Assembly (NCBI GenBank): GCA_046563655.1
Contig: JAJCTO010000010.1
Span: 496,001-560,000, forward strand
Source: Yuukianura sp. NJ FZ-2021
Taxonomy: Eukaryota
DNA length: 64,000 nucleotides
Reading direction: 5' to 3'
A program made the position numbers and the translations under genes. The notes beneath the pieces are model-generated. The model had not been told where the DNA came from, did not search any database, and worked only from the letters and a program-made list of their open reading frames with translations. Numbering within the stretch: position 1 is the first letter of the stretch; each line of letters starts with the position of its first letter. Shown piece after piece: positions 23,040 to 36,690 of this stretch.

Positions 23040-25234
23040 AAAGACGTTGTACGGCATCTTGGTTGTTCCGCACAGTCTCGTCCTTGGTCTTCTGGGCATA
23101 GACTTGTCTAAAATTACTTTCTTGGTCTTTGATTACCAAAAAGTACTTGTTGCCCCGTTTTGAGGTCGTATTTGCATATCCCAGATCCAAATGTAGACAC
23201 TCGCCAACTTTGAAGTTCCTTTACTTTTGCTGGGTTTGTAGCCTTGTCTCTTGGATTTTCCAAGAATACATGAATTGCAGCTGAAGTCCTCTTCTTTCAT
23301 TCTCTCCAATCCGGAGGCTGCTTCTTTCTCTTTGCTTAATTTCAAATATTCCCCATTGATGTGGGCAAGGCCCTTGTGCCAAGTAATCTCCTTTATACAC
23401 GTGAAGGCGTGGTTCCTGATGGGTCTAAACTTCATGATTTGTAGCCCATCTTTTCTGACAGCTTCAATGTCTGGTTCATTGTTGTAGTAAAACGTTATGT
23501 CCCCATAACGATTTTTGATCACTTCAAATCCTTTCTCTAGAAGGACATGTTCTTACACGAGATTGACTCCTTGTGGAACGTAATCCACATTTTGTAACTC
23601 GATGATTCCCCATCTGCCTTGTCTTAAAGCGTTGACTTTCACTGAGCCAAAGCCTAAGGCAAAACTGGTCGAATTATTCGCCATGGAAATCCGCTTCGGT
23701 TCTTCGTAAACCGTAAAATCCGAAAACCATTCCCGGTTTCCGCAATAGTGCTGATCCGCACCGGAGTCGTTAATCCATTGGTCCGCGAGGTCATCGCTTT
23801 GCCACGCCATGTATGCATTTTTGTCCCGTGTGGACTGCTCATTCGGTTTGTAGTTTGGATCCCTTTTCCATGTTCCCATGTATCTATTTATTTTCTTTCC
23901 TTGAGGCCAGAAGGTGCTGACCTGTCTTGGGTTCAGCGTCAAACCACAATTTTTGGCCCAATGGCCTTTTTGGTGGCAGAGCCGGCAAACGTCATTTGTT
24001 TTGTCTCTCTGATTTTTAAATTTCCCTCCTTTTCCTTCGTTGGAGTAAAAAGACTTTGATGCTGACTCATCATTCTTCTTTTCTGTGGTTGTGGTTTGTT
24101 CTAGGTCAAGAGCATTGAGTTTTGAGAGGAGATTCCCAGTGGTTCTCTTCGTGCTTTCCACTGACTTCCATGCCTCCTTGAAGTGTCTGTACTTGCTGTC
24201 ATCCAAGCTTGTAATTATACGAGACACCTCAGATTCCTCGTCCACAGTTGAGCCAAGTGACCTCACTGCACGGCAATGTTTTGTATCTCGATCATGGCTT
24301 GAAGAGCTCTTTTGTCTTGGCTTGTCCTCACATTGTAGAACTTCTGCCATAAAAGGCCTTTGTATTCACCACTTACGTCCTGGTGAATTGCTGCCAATTT
24401 TGTCCACGCTTCAGAAGCCGTGGCACAACCTGCTATTGTGCTCAACTCCTTGTCCTTGATGCACAAGTACATTCAGGTAATGGCCTCATTGTTTTGCTTG
24501 TCCCATCGACTTTGTTTCGTGCCAGCGGTTGCTGGTCTGGGCGTAGTCCCTTTTACTACCCCAAGAATGTCATGGGCACGAAAGAGACTTTCAAGTCTCA
24601 ACTTCCAAGTTATGTAGTTGTGGTCATTCAATTTTGCAATTGAATCCGTATCAAATTTCTTGTTTAGAAAATGATAGCTTGTAACCGTCTCACCGGTGAG
24701 TGCAGCGACTGCAGAGGAAGAGGCGTTAGCGTTCGTAGCCATTTGACTAAACTTTAGAGAAAGTTTTCTCAGAGTTTCGTGCTGATAACGTGTTGAAATT
24801 ATTTAATAAACGCCACACAAACTACATAACTGAACCTGGATTTTCTGAGAGTTTTTATTTATAACAAATAAAGTTGTTACACCAAAATTCCACGAGGCAC
24901 TACTACTTTTAGTAATCTAGGTAACTAGTATTTATACTAACCAAGTAACCTAGAAACAACACTAGTCATTTCCTAGTGACCTTAACTAAGACGTTATTCT
25001 TCCTAGAGTGTATGTCAGAACTGACATTATAACTATTTTCCTGGTTCTAACAAATTATACACAAAGAATAACCTTGTATTAATAACCTAATGATTTGTAG
25101 GTTACCAATTCCGGTTCCTTATTCATAATTGCGTTATAAAATCCTAGATCTTAATTAGTCATTTAGAACCAGCAATGAATCATAAATTGCATCATAATCA
25201 TAACTACTCTAATTTTTGTTTGGTATTTTCAACA
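23040..25234 (-). mobile_element. Ty1/copia remnant: 5' LTR, gag, protease, start of integrase; disrupted and 3'-truncated
   Basis: LNDHNYITWK gag N-terminus, CRLCHQKGHWAKNC knuckle, WINDSGADQH protease, WHKGLAHIN...CNSC pre-integrase; stops and frameshifts. Confidence 0.92.
24791..25234 (-). repeat. Copia 5' LTR (444 bp)
   Basis: TGTTGAA...TTCAACA termini; followed on the minus strand by PBS-like CGTTATCAGCACGA and the gag ATG. Confidence 0.8.
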
Positions 25235-26739
25235 GTACTTCAGATGACGCTAACAGTAGACTAGATTATTACAGTATTCGATTATAGTAAAGTACATAAT
25301 TCTAATGAAAACGTTATTTAAATTAAACTGTTCAATTAGTAATAAAATAGTGACAACCTAATATCTAATTGTATAATATGACAAAAATAAAATATAATAA
25401 TGTGTAACAATAATCATAATATTAAGAAGTTTTAGAATCTAATACTGTTCGGCTAAAAACTGTACTGTTAGGTATACTATTGTATATTATTGTAATGTTA
25501 TAATATAATACAATAAGAACTAAATATTATTAGAATTTAACGTTATAAAGTTAAACAATATTATTATAATTATTAATTATAATTATTAATATTAATCTTA
25601 TTATTATAACTAATATTATTATTAATACTAATATTGTTATTAATTATTAATAATAAATAATAAAATAATAATGTGAATTGGATGTAATGGATTGGTATGA
25701 TTTAATAATTAATAATTTGATGCTAAGTGTAATCTTTCTCCCCTGTTCTGATCACTTCTGATTTTTCTGTTGGATCGCTAAAGCAGCGATCCAAAATGTG
25801 AGTATTGCTGGCGCGGCGAGCCGAGCCAAGAAAATTTGTCTCGATACGCGATCAGAGCCGAGCCACAAAATTAAGTCAGCGATCCGAGCCGAGCCGAACC
25901 AGTCAAACGTCGTGATCCGATCCAAGCCTGGCTCGATTGTTCGCATCGGCTCGGCTCGCTTCCGCGATCCAGGCTGGATCCCTATTTTCGCACGTTAAAG
26001 TTGATAAATCCTAAATCCTCCAGTATTTTTTACTAATCTTATTTAAATAATTTATTCCAAAAAATATAAATTGATTTTAGTAAATTATTTTCATATTTAT
26101 GACATAATGAGCTCAACTAACGATTAAGTTTTGGTATAATTTATTTGGCCATATGCGAGCAGGCGAAATGGGGTATAGGAGGCTTTTAGCGCAATCAACT
26201 GGTGAAGAACAAATTTTGAAATAGTAAAAGCCAAGAGTGTAAAATGGTAAAATACAATATGGTGAAATACACAATTTTGAAATCGTAAAAAGCAAGTTTC
26301 AAAAAATACTTACTTAAAATACCTAATTGATATCTTGAAAGCTAGATATACATAGTTAGGACTAAATAAAAGGACTAGTCATAAATAAAAGGACTAATTC
26401 TAATTGTGTTTGAGAAGTTACGTTAATTATGCAAGTTTTGTATTCCTCAATGGCAATTTGTTTTGTATTTTGGACATGACATGAGGATGGTGACTTAAAG
26501 TTGAAGTGAATTGTATTAACTAATTTCTATTAAATGTTGATAATTAAAGCTAATTTATATTTGAATTATATTTGTATTTGAATAAGATTAATTGATCATT
26601 GATATTAAGTGCTGAATATCGATTTGTATCAACCAAATTCCATTAACTGAAAGTGGTGTGAAGTGCTCTGTGTGGAACTCACTTATTTTGACTTCTTCAC
26701 CTGCAGCTTAATTTTTATATTTTCAGTGAAGGATACAAA

Positions 26740-29706
26740 ATGGAAAGAATTCCAGTGGTAATAGAATTTACGATATTTTGTTTATCCATTATTTATACAT
26801 AAACTGTCAATTGAGCGAAACACTTGTTTCGACAAAATTATAGATATGTATGAGAATAGTTTATTTGTGGACTATTTGTCTATCCTAAACTAAAACTAAA
26901 CAAACACGATTTTGTTAGGTAAAACCATGGTACATGTGTGACACGAGTCAAGAATCGGCATCATTACTGCGTAGTGACGTCTTCTACCATTTGAGTCCGG
27001 ATTCGCAAACAAAACTTGACAACTTCATAAAATTAGTGTGTCACTCTGAAAAGTTACTGAAACTTTTACCAACAGCTAAAGGAGTACACTGGAAAAAGTT
27101 GAGGGATGCCTGCGAATCCATCCTAGATTTATCTCTTGCTAAGAAGGAAATCACTGAGAAGATTTACGTCGATCTGTTGCTTACTCCCGGAATGGATGGT
27201 GTGAAGGTATGTCACAAATTGGGTAATTGATTGAGATTGATATAACCACAGTGTATTCTGCAAAGTATTACACCGAAAAATGTACAAAACGATTACAGTT
27301 GTAGTAGTAGCTATATTTCTTCAAGCTAACTCTTACGATATGTATCTGTGTTTTTAGGATTTCCTGGTGGAATATTTTAGAAGGCTCCAAAATGAAACAA
27401 CGCAATTTGACAACGACAAGTCAGCCCGTGTAGTAGGCTGCACAATTGCAGATGGCCCTTTTGCGTTTTGTGAAAGGTGTTGTTGTAACATTCAATGTTT
27501 GCGTGTGCACAGATATGTTATACCGTTGCTCAACGGTATGAGGTAAGCAAATTTTAACTTCAAACACATGACCACACTCCGATCGCGTTTATAATAGGAT
27601 ATTGATTTCCAAATCATGTTTCCAGTGTTGACGGGGCAATCGAGAGATTAACGCGAAACCGTGATGCAGAGTGCCACAATTGTCATACCAAAACAGTCGT
27701 TACTCAGCAATCCATAGTTGGCGACATTCTTTGCTTTCGGTCTTCCCAAGGTAAAACAATAAATGAATTTTGCAGTAGATATATATAGATAGATAAATCG
27801 GAAACAAAAATTCTTCTTCTTCTTATAATTCTTAACCTAACCTAACCTAATTATTTGGGTTTGTTTACTAGGTAATCCGCAGCTGACAGTGAAAATTGGT
27901 GCAGACACTTATGAACTTTTCGGAATTATCGAAACTGACGGGAGGAAATGGAGATATTTCGCGAAGAACGCCGGAAGTGACCGTTTAAAGATATTGAACT
28001 CGGCAGGGTGAGTTTAGTACAATGGAATACTGAGTACACGTTTTCATATCGCATTTGATTTAGAAATATGGAATTTTACGAGATTCAAGAGATTGGTGAT
28101 TCCATCCTTTTCTACGAAAAGTTTGAACAAATCGCATACTTCACCTCGGAAACGAATATTTCGTCTGACATGCGTTAGTGAGGCACTAATTCATTAATTC
28201 ATTATTTACAATTTCATAATTCATTCATATTTGATAATGGATATTTTTTGTTTAATTACAGATGAACTAAGCGAAATGCAAGTATTCTTGACAATACCTT
28301 CCACTATTGGATTCTGGAAGACTGTCAGAAAAATACGAGTGAGCTGGAGCGTCATGGATTATCAAATGGGCGACGAAATTACCATAATCGTATCCGACAC
28401 AAACGAACCGCTGTGCCGAGAGAAGGTCTTGCATTCACGAGGTTACATTGACCTTCGATTGGGAAATTCAATTGACGTAAACTGCAATTCAGACGAGTTA
28501 AACTTTCGTGCGGAATTTCTACGAGATGGAATCGCTCTACACCAAAATAGCTTAAAAACTCATCGGCGATGGATGGAACAAAATAAGGATATGATCCAAC
28601 ATTTACAAATTACAGAGTTAGCTTTGCCCGGCACTCATAACTCTGGATCAATCCATCGAGAAACGGGGTTCTTTGTAAAACACGCCGCTTGGTAAGAACT
28701 TTGTTCTGGATTTATTTCGTCAATGGACACTTTTTAAGTTTTTAACGAGGTCTAGGTTTACCCGATTCTGAGAACATTTATTTACTATAAACGACATATT
28801 TCCAAACACTTCTTTCAATAACTTGAGTGCGTATTTTTTCAGCCAGGAAATGACAATTGAGGAGCAACTTATAATGGGTATACGTGCACTGGACTTTCGA
28901 GTTAAACTTTCGGAGACTGAAGAAATTTATTCCGCGCCTCTTCAAGATTTTCGCGAAGTTGCTCCAACTTATTACCTACAACACGAAGTATGTCGTTTTG
29001 GTACATTGCAGGCTGCGTTGAGAGAAATAACAGAATTCCTTAAATCATCACCACTAGAAATAGTTATTATCGACCTACACGGTTACTTGGAATCGTTGGA
29101 CGAAGCTGGACACACTGCGTTATCAAAATTTTTACAAGACGAGCTTGGGCTTTATTTGTACAAAAATACTAACCATGGGTGGCCGACGCTGGAGGAAATA
29201 TGGAGAACCCACGGAAGAGTTCTGATATGCTATAATGATGCCGAAACCGTTCAACGCATTCCTTGGTTGTTCGACGGAGTTTTCCAAGTGAGTTTGTTCG
29301 AAGCTTTTGATATATTGTCGAATAAAATTTTTGTATTTCAGCTTTTGTTTTGTTGCAGCATTGGGGAAACAAACAAAACAAAAATGACCTGAAAAATTAT
29401 CTCAACGGGGTGACTTCAACGATGTCTACCTCAAAAGATAGGTGTACAGGGTTGATGTGCGAACTAACCGAAAGTTTAACAACCACAGTACACCACATAA
29501 TCCACAGCACGGGAATACGCGAGTCTGCAGACCAGGTCAACACAGATGTTTCATTTTGGTTATTAGAAGACTCGTTTGCGAACGTGTGTAACATAGTTTA
29601 CACGGATTTCTTCGCCGGAAACAACAATATTCAAGTACTAATACGTTTCTCCATCGAAAGAGCAACATCGAAAAGGGCAAATGAAGGACAAATTCAGAAT
29701 CGGTAA
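26740..29706 (+). CDS. Nine-exon gene: PI-PLC X-domain (PLCXD-like) protein with long N-terminal extension
   Basis: Phase-consistent GT-AG exons (~26740-26757, 26919-27206, 27358-27542, 27626-27750, 27872-28008, 28064-28172, 28262-28691, 28843-29287, 29359-29706); LPGTHNSG, CQEMTIEEQLIMGIRALDFRV, EIVIIDLH and NIVYTDFF motifs. Confidence 0.85.
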
Positions 29707-30678
29707 TTGAATTTCCTTGCTATTGAAATTTAGTGGAATTATATTTGTTACTCTTTTTCCATCAAATTTAAAAGGTCTTCTAATAAATGAAAATAAAACG
29801 GTGTAGCAACAATACGAACTAAGAATTATTAAGTAGATTATTTGACATTGTTAAATTTATATTTTCAATATTTCAATTTGTATTACTAACGAGGAGGCGA
29901 TTTCATGCGTTTCTGAAATTCTGAAAGCTGGAAGTGGGTCTTATTTTGAAAAACATTTTTGGCATCATTCCCGTTTCACAAAGCGAAAAAGAAAACAATT
30001 CGATCATGTGTAAGTTTCAATTCAACTCGTGTGAGACACAAAGAAAAAAGCATTCACATTGAAGCGACAAAGGGTGGAGAATACTGTTAATGAAAACTTT
30101 GAAACATGTGTTTAAATGGGGTTTGTCGCATTTTTTTCTCCTATTTCTCAACGTCTCCCCTCCCCTCCCCCCCCGCGATTTGGAGGAGTGGGAGTTTGAG
30201 TTCTAGGGTGATCGCTGGTATAGCGTAGGTGTAATGTGGAGTAATTTTGCTTCCCGCCGTCACATGATATATCGAGATATACGGACTCAGACTTGTACGA
30301 TTTGATGGTGTAGAATATGGCGCTAAAAAACTACCCGTTCTTTACGTCATATCAATGGGAGTTCTGTAACTTGGCCGGCTCTCAAACACTGTTAAATGGA
30401 CTGATCGATTGGACTGATGCGTTGTTAGTTTTACTAGTTTATTTGTATTCTACCAATTAATCCAATTATTGACTCAAAACAAGATTCCAACACCAAAATT
30501 AGTCAGAATACTAATAATCGTCACTGGAGCGACAATCACCTTGCTTAACCACACTCCGGCAGTGGTCGCCTCGACGTATACTGTTGTTTATCAGTGATGT
30601 CCAGTGATCTTCTCAAAACGATCCTCCAAGGCAGCGTGGATCCAACAACTCCAAGTTTACTCCGAGGGTCACCACAAA

Positions 30679-31170
30679 TGTAGAATATGGCGCTAAAAAA
30701 CTACCCGTTCTTTACGCCACATCAATGGGAGTTCTGTAACTTGGCCGGCTCTCAAACGCTGCTTAATGGACTGATCGATTGGACTGATGCGTTGTTAGTT
30801 TTACTAGTTTATTAGTATTTTACCAATTAATCGAATTAATGACAACTTAGAAACTTAAAAGGAGATGTTGTCTCTTCAATGTCTGAATCTAGTCTTATTC
30901 TATACTTATTCTTATGGGAACACACAAAAAGGAAGGGAGACCAAAAGGCAGAATAGCCGGAGGACAGACGCGGACGCTATCCCTCGCACCTTATTTCCAC
31001 CCACTATACATAGATGCGACTTGTGGCGAAGCTATAACTTATAGGGGAAACTCTAAACACTTAAACCTATATAGCCACAAAGTCTCAAGAAAAACTGACC
31101 TTTCGTTTTTAAAAGGCGGGAGCTTAAACTTAAACATAAGAAAAAATATATATAACCCAATTATCCTACA
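30679..31170 (-). repeat. BEL/Pao LTR (492 bp) with a partial second copy at 30309-30473
   Basis: TGTAG...CTACA termini; purine tract GAAAGGCAAAGGTGGGAG precedes it on the minus strand; direct repeat 30309-30473 versus 30679-30843. Confidence 0.8.
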
Positions 31171-32600
31171 TTTACTCCCACCTTTGCCTTTCAGTGCTAA
31201 CGAAAGGGAAAGTCACAAAATTAAAATTAAAACTACGTTATGGCTTAGCACCATCAACAAAGGTGAAAGTGCCTTATGTTACAAAGTAACCTAAACACTT
31301 AACCTAAAAAATGAAAATGAAAACTTAACCTCTAAACTGAAATTAAAACTGAAATCAAATCCTAAAATTAAAACGTATCTAAATGAAATGATCTCACTGT
31401 CCATAGCGAACTGGTTTCCGAATTGCACGTCCGCTTCTTGTTTTCTGTTCTGGTTCTGCAGTGGTGACCTCGTCTTCGTCCTGACACGGCAGACACTCGC
31501 AGTAAGTGTCGCTGTCACTTTCCACTGCAGATTCGTTGTCGATGAAGTTGGAGCTCTCGGCTGTCTTGACAATGTTGCTCTCGGCTGTCTTGACTGGTGG
31601 CTCCGGTATCTCGTCATGTCTCAATTCCAATGGCACTAGTCGTTGAATGGGACGCAGCAGCTCTCCATTCTTCGTCTTCAGTTTGGCTACCCGAATTTCT
31701 CCATCTTTCCCAGGAAGCAGCTCCAGAATCCTCCCCATTGGCCAGAAAATCCGCTTCTTATTGTCCACTTCGATGAGTACGATTTCTCCAATGCTGAAAG
31801 TCCTGGTCTTCTGCTCCTTTCCCCGTTGGACTAACTGACCCAAATACTCAGAACGAAAACGCTGCTTCACTTCCTGTAGTAACTGGTCCAGCCATCTCTT
31901 CTCTTGTCCAAGGGTCTTCGGTATGATCAGTTGAGCCTCCGGCACTTTGCAATTCGGTAGATTATGGATGAACATTGTCGGGGTCAATGGTACAAAGTCG
32001 TCTTGATCTTCTGTGACGTACGTCAATGGTATGTGTTCACCGCAGCTTCCACTTCGCACAAAGCAGTTTCCAATTGAACGTAAGTCAGCTTCTGGAATCC
32101 AAGCATCCTACGGAGAAGATCCTTGGTGCTCTTGATGAGCCTCTCCCACCATCCGCCCCACCACGGTGCAGAAGGTGGGTTGAAAATCCATTTAACTTTC
32201 TGTTTCAGGGTCTTCTGTTGAACAAGGTCCCAATCGATCTCTTTGAACAGATTCACTGCTCCGACGAAGTTCGTTCCGTTGTCGGAGTAGACGATCGATG
32301 GACGTTGCTTCCTCTTGCAGAGTTTGATAAATGAGAGAAGCAAGTCATCAGTTGACAATGATTCGGTCACCTCCAGATGAACACACCGAAACACTGCACA
32401 AGTAAACATGTATGCTTTCTTCCTGTTCTTCAGGGTTAAGGGGCCTGCTAGATCCACTCCAGTCACTTCAAAGGCACTGGCCTACCTTACCCGCGGTTCC
32501 GGTAGAGCACTAGCCACAACTTCAACTGTCTTACCATCAAACCTCTTACACACGATGCACTTTGTTATAACTTTCTTGGTGGCTCTTTTTCCCTGGATGA

Positions 32601-33675
32601 TGTTACACCTGGAAAAAGTGCATGAAGGTAGTTTTAAGATGAGATATTATTATTATTTGTATTAGTTCATTCATTTTGCTGTTTTCAAAATGTTGCAAAA
32701 ATTTAGTCAAATTGTAGAAAAACTTAAAGTGTCGTAAATTTGATAGAAAAGACTTTGGCGTTGGCATTAATGGGATCAATAAGGTTAAGCTCTAAGTTGC
32801 AGATGCATTAGAGTGCATGGGAAGACACCAGATTCAAGTCACCAGCAATTGAGATTGCTGTTGGCTTGAACATGGTTTTAGATTATAAAAATACAAAGTT
32901 GCGAATTTCCCAAAATTTTGCGAAAAAATACAATGTCAAGAATTGCAGGGTAGCAACCAAAAGTAACATCTATAAATATAGGGTGCAAGCATGCAGACAT
33001 TCGATCATTTCCTTCAGTTAGATTTTCAGTTTAAGTTTACTTCTTAGTTAAAGTTCTCTTTAAAAATTTTAAGTCATAATTTTCTTTTAAGACAAATAAA
33101 ATTTCGAAAATTCAAAAGTTCGATTCACTTCCGTCTCTCTCATCTACAACCAGCCAAGGAGCTAAGCTAAGCCAGGGAAAGATTCAGCGAGACTTGGACC
33201 CTTCGTCATCTGCATTCGACAGCCGAGGTAAATAACAAAGCAAACGATTCGATCATTGATTTGGGATTCAGAGGGACCGGGACTGGGAAGGGTGCAGGGC
33301 CTGTCGGCTCCTGGACGGGTTCACCCGTCAAAAGGTTAGGGCTCCCTCCACCGGAATTCCCTTCGTGCGCCTTGCGCCTCCGACACGGGCAGTTGCGACT
33401 GACCCAAGGAGGTGGGGCGTACAGTTAAGTGGGCCCTTGATCATAGGTGCTCCCTTTCAGCGTCCACTCCGCGCCACCGACGCGGGTAGTCTTTGACTGC
33501 CCAGGGTGGCGAAGTGGGTCTGCTGCCGGATCTACGGACCCCTTAAGGGTCAAACTTTCAATACCTACAAATACAATTGGCCTTTTTAGCGCCAGGTGAC
33601 CACGCTCCTTCGCTAAGTGGCCAATCGGGTAGGGCACTTATTCGAAGTGACCCCTTGACCTAATTGGCCCTTACA
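32601..33675 (+). repeat. 5' LTR of gypsy B (1075 bp)
   Basis: TATAAATA at 32971, initiator-like TCATTT/TCAGTT at 33005-33019, AATAAA at 33095, candidate splice donor GAG|GTAAAT at 33228. Confidence 0.9.
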
Positions 33676-34079
33676 AATGGTGCCCGATGCAGGGGTCGTA
33701 TGGTCAAAACGAAATTTTGGTCATGAAGCATTACGTAACTTGTCTTCAAAACATTTTGATTCAGTTTTAAGCGAACTTTCAAAATTCTGGATAATTAAAA
33801 TCGTCATAATTCAAAAAGTATTTTGCATAAGTGTTCCAAACGAGCAGGAGTAGTTAGGCAGGTTCTAGGCACCATTTTCCACTCATTACCAGCACATGCC
33901 CAAGGTCTGCGCGACGCATGCGCAGAACGAAAAAATTGACTTTCTTGCACTAAATTGTAGGGCCATGCATTAGAAACGCGTACTTTGTTTAGAGAAGCTG
34001 AAAATATTTTTAAAATTAATATAATAACTAAATAATTAAAATTTAACTCGTAAATTCAAATTAAATTTTGGATACGGGC

Positions 34080-34210
34080 AGTAATCCTCCGGTCATCCTC
34101 CAGTAATCCTCCTGTAATCCTCCGGTCATCCTCCTGTAATCCTCACTTCATCCTCATGTCAACCTCATGTCAACCTCATGTAAACCTCATGTAAACCTTC
34201 GTCATCCTCT
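34080..34210. repeat. 11-bp tandem repeats in gypsy B leader (ATCCTCCnGTn / AACCTCATGTn)
   Basis: Directly visible. Confidence 0.85.
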
Positions 34211-34622
34211 TCCATTTAAGCATCCCTTTAAGCACGTAGACTTAAGTAAAATCAGCGCAGGTCAGGTCAGTGACCCTTGACCTTTAGTTTAAATTCATTT
34301 TTTTTGCAATTAAGTTCAAAAATTTTTAAAAACAAAAAATCACACAAACTTTCTAAATTAAAATTCATTCAATTCTAAAATTTTTGAAATTAACATTTCA
34401 TCTTTAAATTCGAAGTTTTGAAATTCTATTTCAACATTTCGACTTACTTTGGTAAAAACTAAACCATAGTTAAAACAAAATCTGACATTAAGTCAATCAC
34501 TTCGCTACATTCCAACTCTTTCTTGTCTCTATTTTGTTTAGAATAAACTGCGCCCTTAGCTTTTGAAAAAAAAAATTCTGGATCCAATTGATGTAGTTAG
34601 GCATCTCCATTTTACATTCATT

Positions 34623-35168
34623 ATGAGTATTCTGTTTAGGACTTGTGACGGGACTCTCCCGCAATCAGATCAGAGACCCTTAATAATTGCACACGTCACT
34701 AATAATTACGGAGCCTGGGGTAAGGGATTCTGCAGTCAATTATCATGGCGATACCCGCTTGTAGAATTGCATTTTAGAGCTGAAGGCTGGAAGGCCAGCC
34801 TAGGAGATATACAGACTGTTCCAATTGGTGAAGGGCTTCAGGTTGTTAATTTGTTCGCTCAACGCGATCCTTGGCATCCTGTTCCTATTTCCTATTATTC
34901 GTTAGATAAGAGTCTTGAGAAGCTAGGCGAATTAGCTAAAAATACAAAGGCCATTGTTCAGATGCCCTTAATAGGCACTGGATGTGGGCGCGGGTGCTGG
35001 GTGGAAGTAGAAAAGCTCGTTTGGAAGCATTTATGTAATAATAGGATTGATGTTCTCGTATGCTTGGAACGCAAAGTCGATTCCAACAATCAAATTATCA
35101 CACACAATTGTTTGACTAATCATCGTCATAACCCAGAGGCTCACTCTGGAATTTATCATTATCAGTAA
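34623..35168 (+). CDS. Macrodomain protein, TARG1/Poa1p/DarG-type
   Basis: IIAHVTNNYGAWGKGF, VVNLFAQ, MPLIGTGCGRGCW motifs. Confidence 0.85.
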   Translation: MSILFRTCDGTLPQSDQRPLIIAHVTNNYGAWGKGFCSQLSWRYPLVELHFRAEGWKASLGDIQTVPIGEGLQVVNLFAQRDPWHPVPISYYSLDKSLEKLGELAKNTKAIVQMPLIGTGCGRGCWVEVEKLVWKHLCNNRIDVLVCLERKVDSNNQIITHNCLTNHRHNPEAHSGIYHYQ

Positions 35169-36690
35169 TTCTATTCTAAAAATTACCCTGAGACATGGGA
35201 ATTAACGATGTCGTTTTCGACGTCGTTGTCGTCTTTACTTTTGTTTCCGTCATAATAAGTTTCAATGACAACCCAAGTTGGTACGTCGATAATTGAACCC
35301 CATGATCATATTCTGTTTGAATTTTGAAATAGTGAGGTTGTCTAAAAATGAAGCGTTCCGTTTAAAAGTATGCGTACACGCAGGATGGAATGGCGTTCAG
35401 CTTTCTCTTTGTCTCTTTGGCACTTAGTGATTTGAAGTTTACTTGGAACTTTAGGTTAGGTAAGATAGTTAAGCATGGTTCATACGGGTTAAGTAGTCGG
35501 TCGACCCAGGTCAGAATAGGCTCAACTAAGGCTCAACACCCAGTTCTACCTCAGGTATTCCTTGTACATAACATAGCTTACAGATAGGTCATATTAGATT
35601 ATAAGGCGCCACTCATAGCTTTAGGAAATGATCCCATTCTTAGCGCGGACTGGCTAGAATGTAATATTAAGTGTAGCAAGGATTTGCGCAAAGGTGATGC
35701 CGTGTTTACGAAGGAGACTTAGATCCGAAAGGTTAGGTCAAGGTCGGGGTGATCTTAGGCAACTGTCTAGAATGACGGGGCTGGTATTTGGGCGTGATGC
35801 CTACCAGCTGCCCCTTCAACAAATAATCCGAATCGAAGTGGATACTGAAATAGGCCCTCAGGCGGAAACTTCGGAGTGAGGTAGGCTCATTTGTAAAATC
35901 AAGCTAGCACTAGGTCACGGTTAGGGTTTAGAGTAGCAATGGCTCTGCCGAATCTATTAATCTTAACGCATAATTAAGTCAATTTATGAAGGAATTTCAA
36001 TAGTAGGTATCTCTTTCAGCGGTGTGAGCTAGCTCAGGATCCAGCGAGGACTCACGATTTCGTAACGATGTTAAACGGGTCAGGAGAGGTAGCTCTTTCC
36101 GCAAGTATTTCATAAAAAGGGGTTTGTTACAGTTCATGAAGGCCGCTTTATTTAAATTTAGGTCGGAATCAATGCACCAGGATTAAGCTCCCTGTTTTGT
36201 GCTCTGACCGGGTCAATGACACTTGTCCTGAAGAAACAAATCCCGTGTCAATAATTAACAGTTTGTTTGCTTGTATCTATTATGCCATGAGTGGTGACAT
36301 GTTTCTCCAGAGGGCCATGAACTGGGGAGATACGAGCTAACTACTTTGAAATTACCTAGGGATTTTATTTGAAGCATTGCCGTGTGTGGGCTGCTTCTTG
36401 TAACTTATGAAAGTGGAAAAAGCATTGCCGTGTTTTAGGCTGAATCCCTTCAAGTTGCTAAGGACTTATGAAGTTTAAATTGGTCGTATTTATTATGAGA
36501 AGTTTCATTGTTCATCTGAGAAGTTATAACATTTTGCGCATCCCAGCAGTGGAATTGTGGCATTAATTGTTTTTGTTTGAAAGAATAACAGAACATTGAC
36601 CTCCCGGAAGTCCCTTGATAATTCCACTCACTGGCGTGATCTACTTCCTAGAAAAAGGAATACGAAACTCCCTCAACTCCCAGCTCAACC

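Noticed and set aside
25290..25990. AT-rich tract and GAGCC/GGCTC clustered segment as a defined transposon
   Set aside because: Resembles DNA-transposon subterminal repeats, but I could not identify TIRs or a TSD.
35170..36600. Additional cargo gene between the macrodomain and MMP
   Set aside because: Only short frames with no recognisable motif; cannot be supported from this copy alone.
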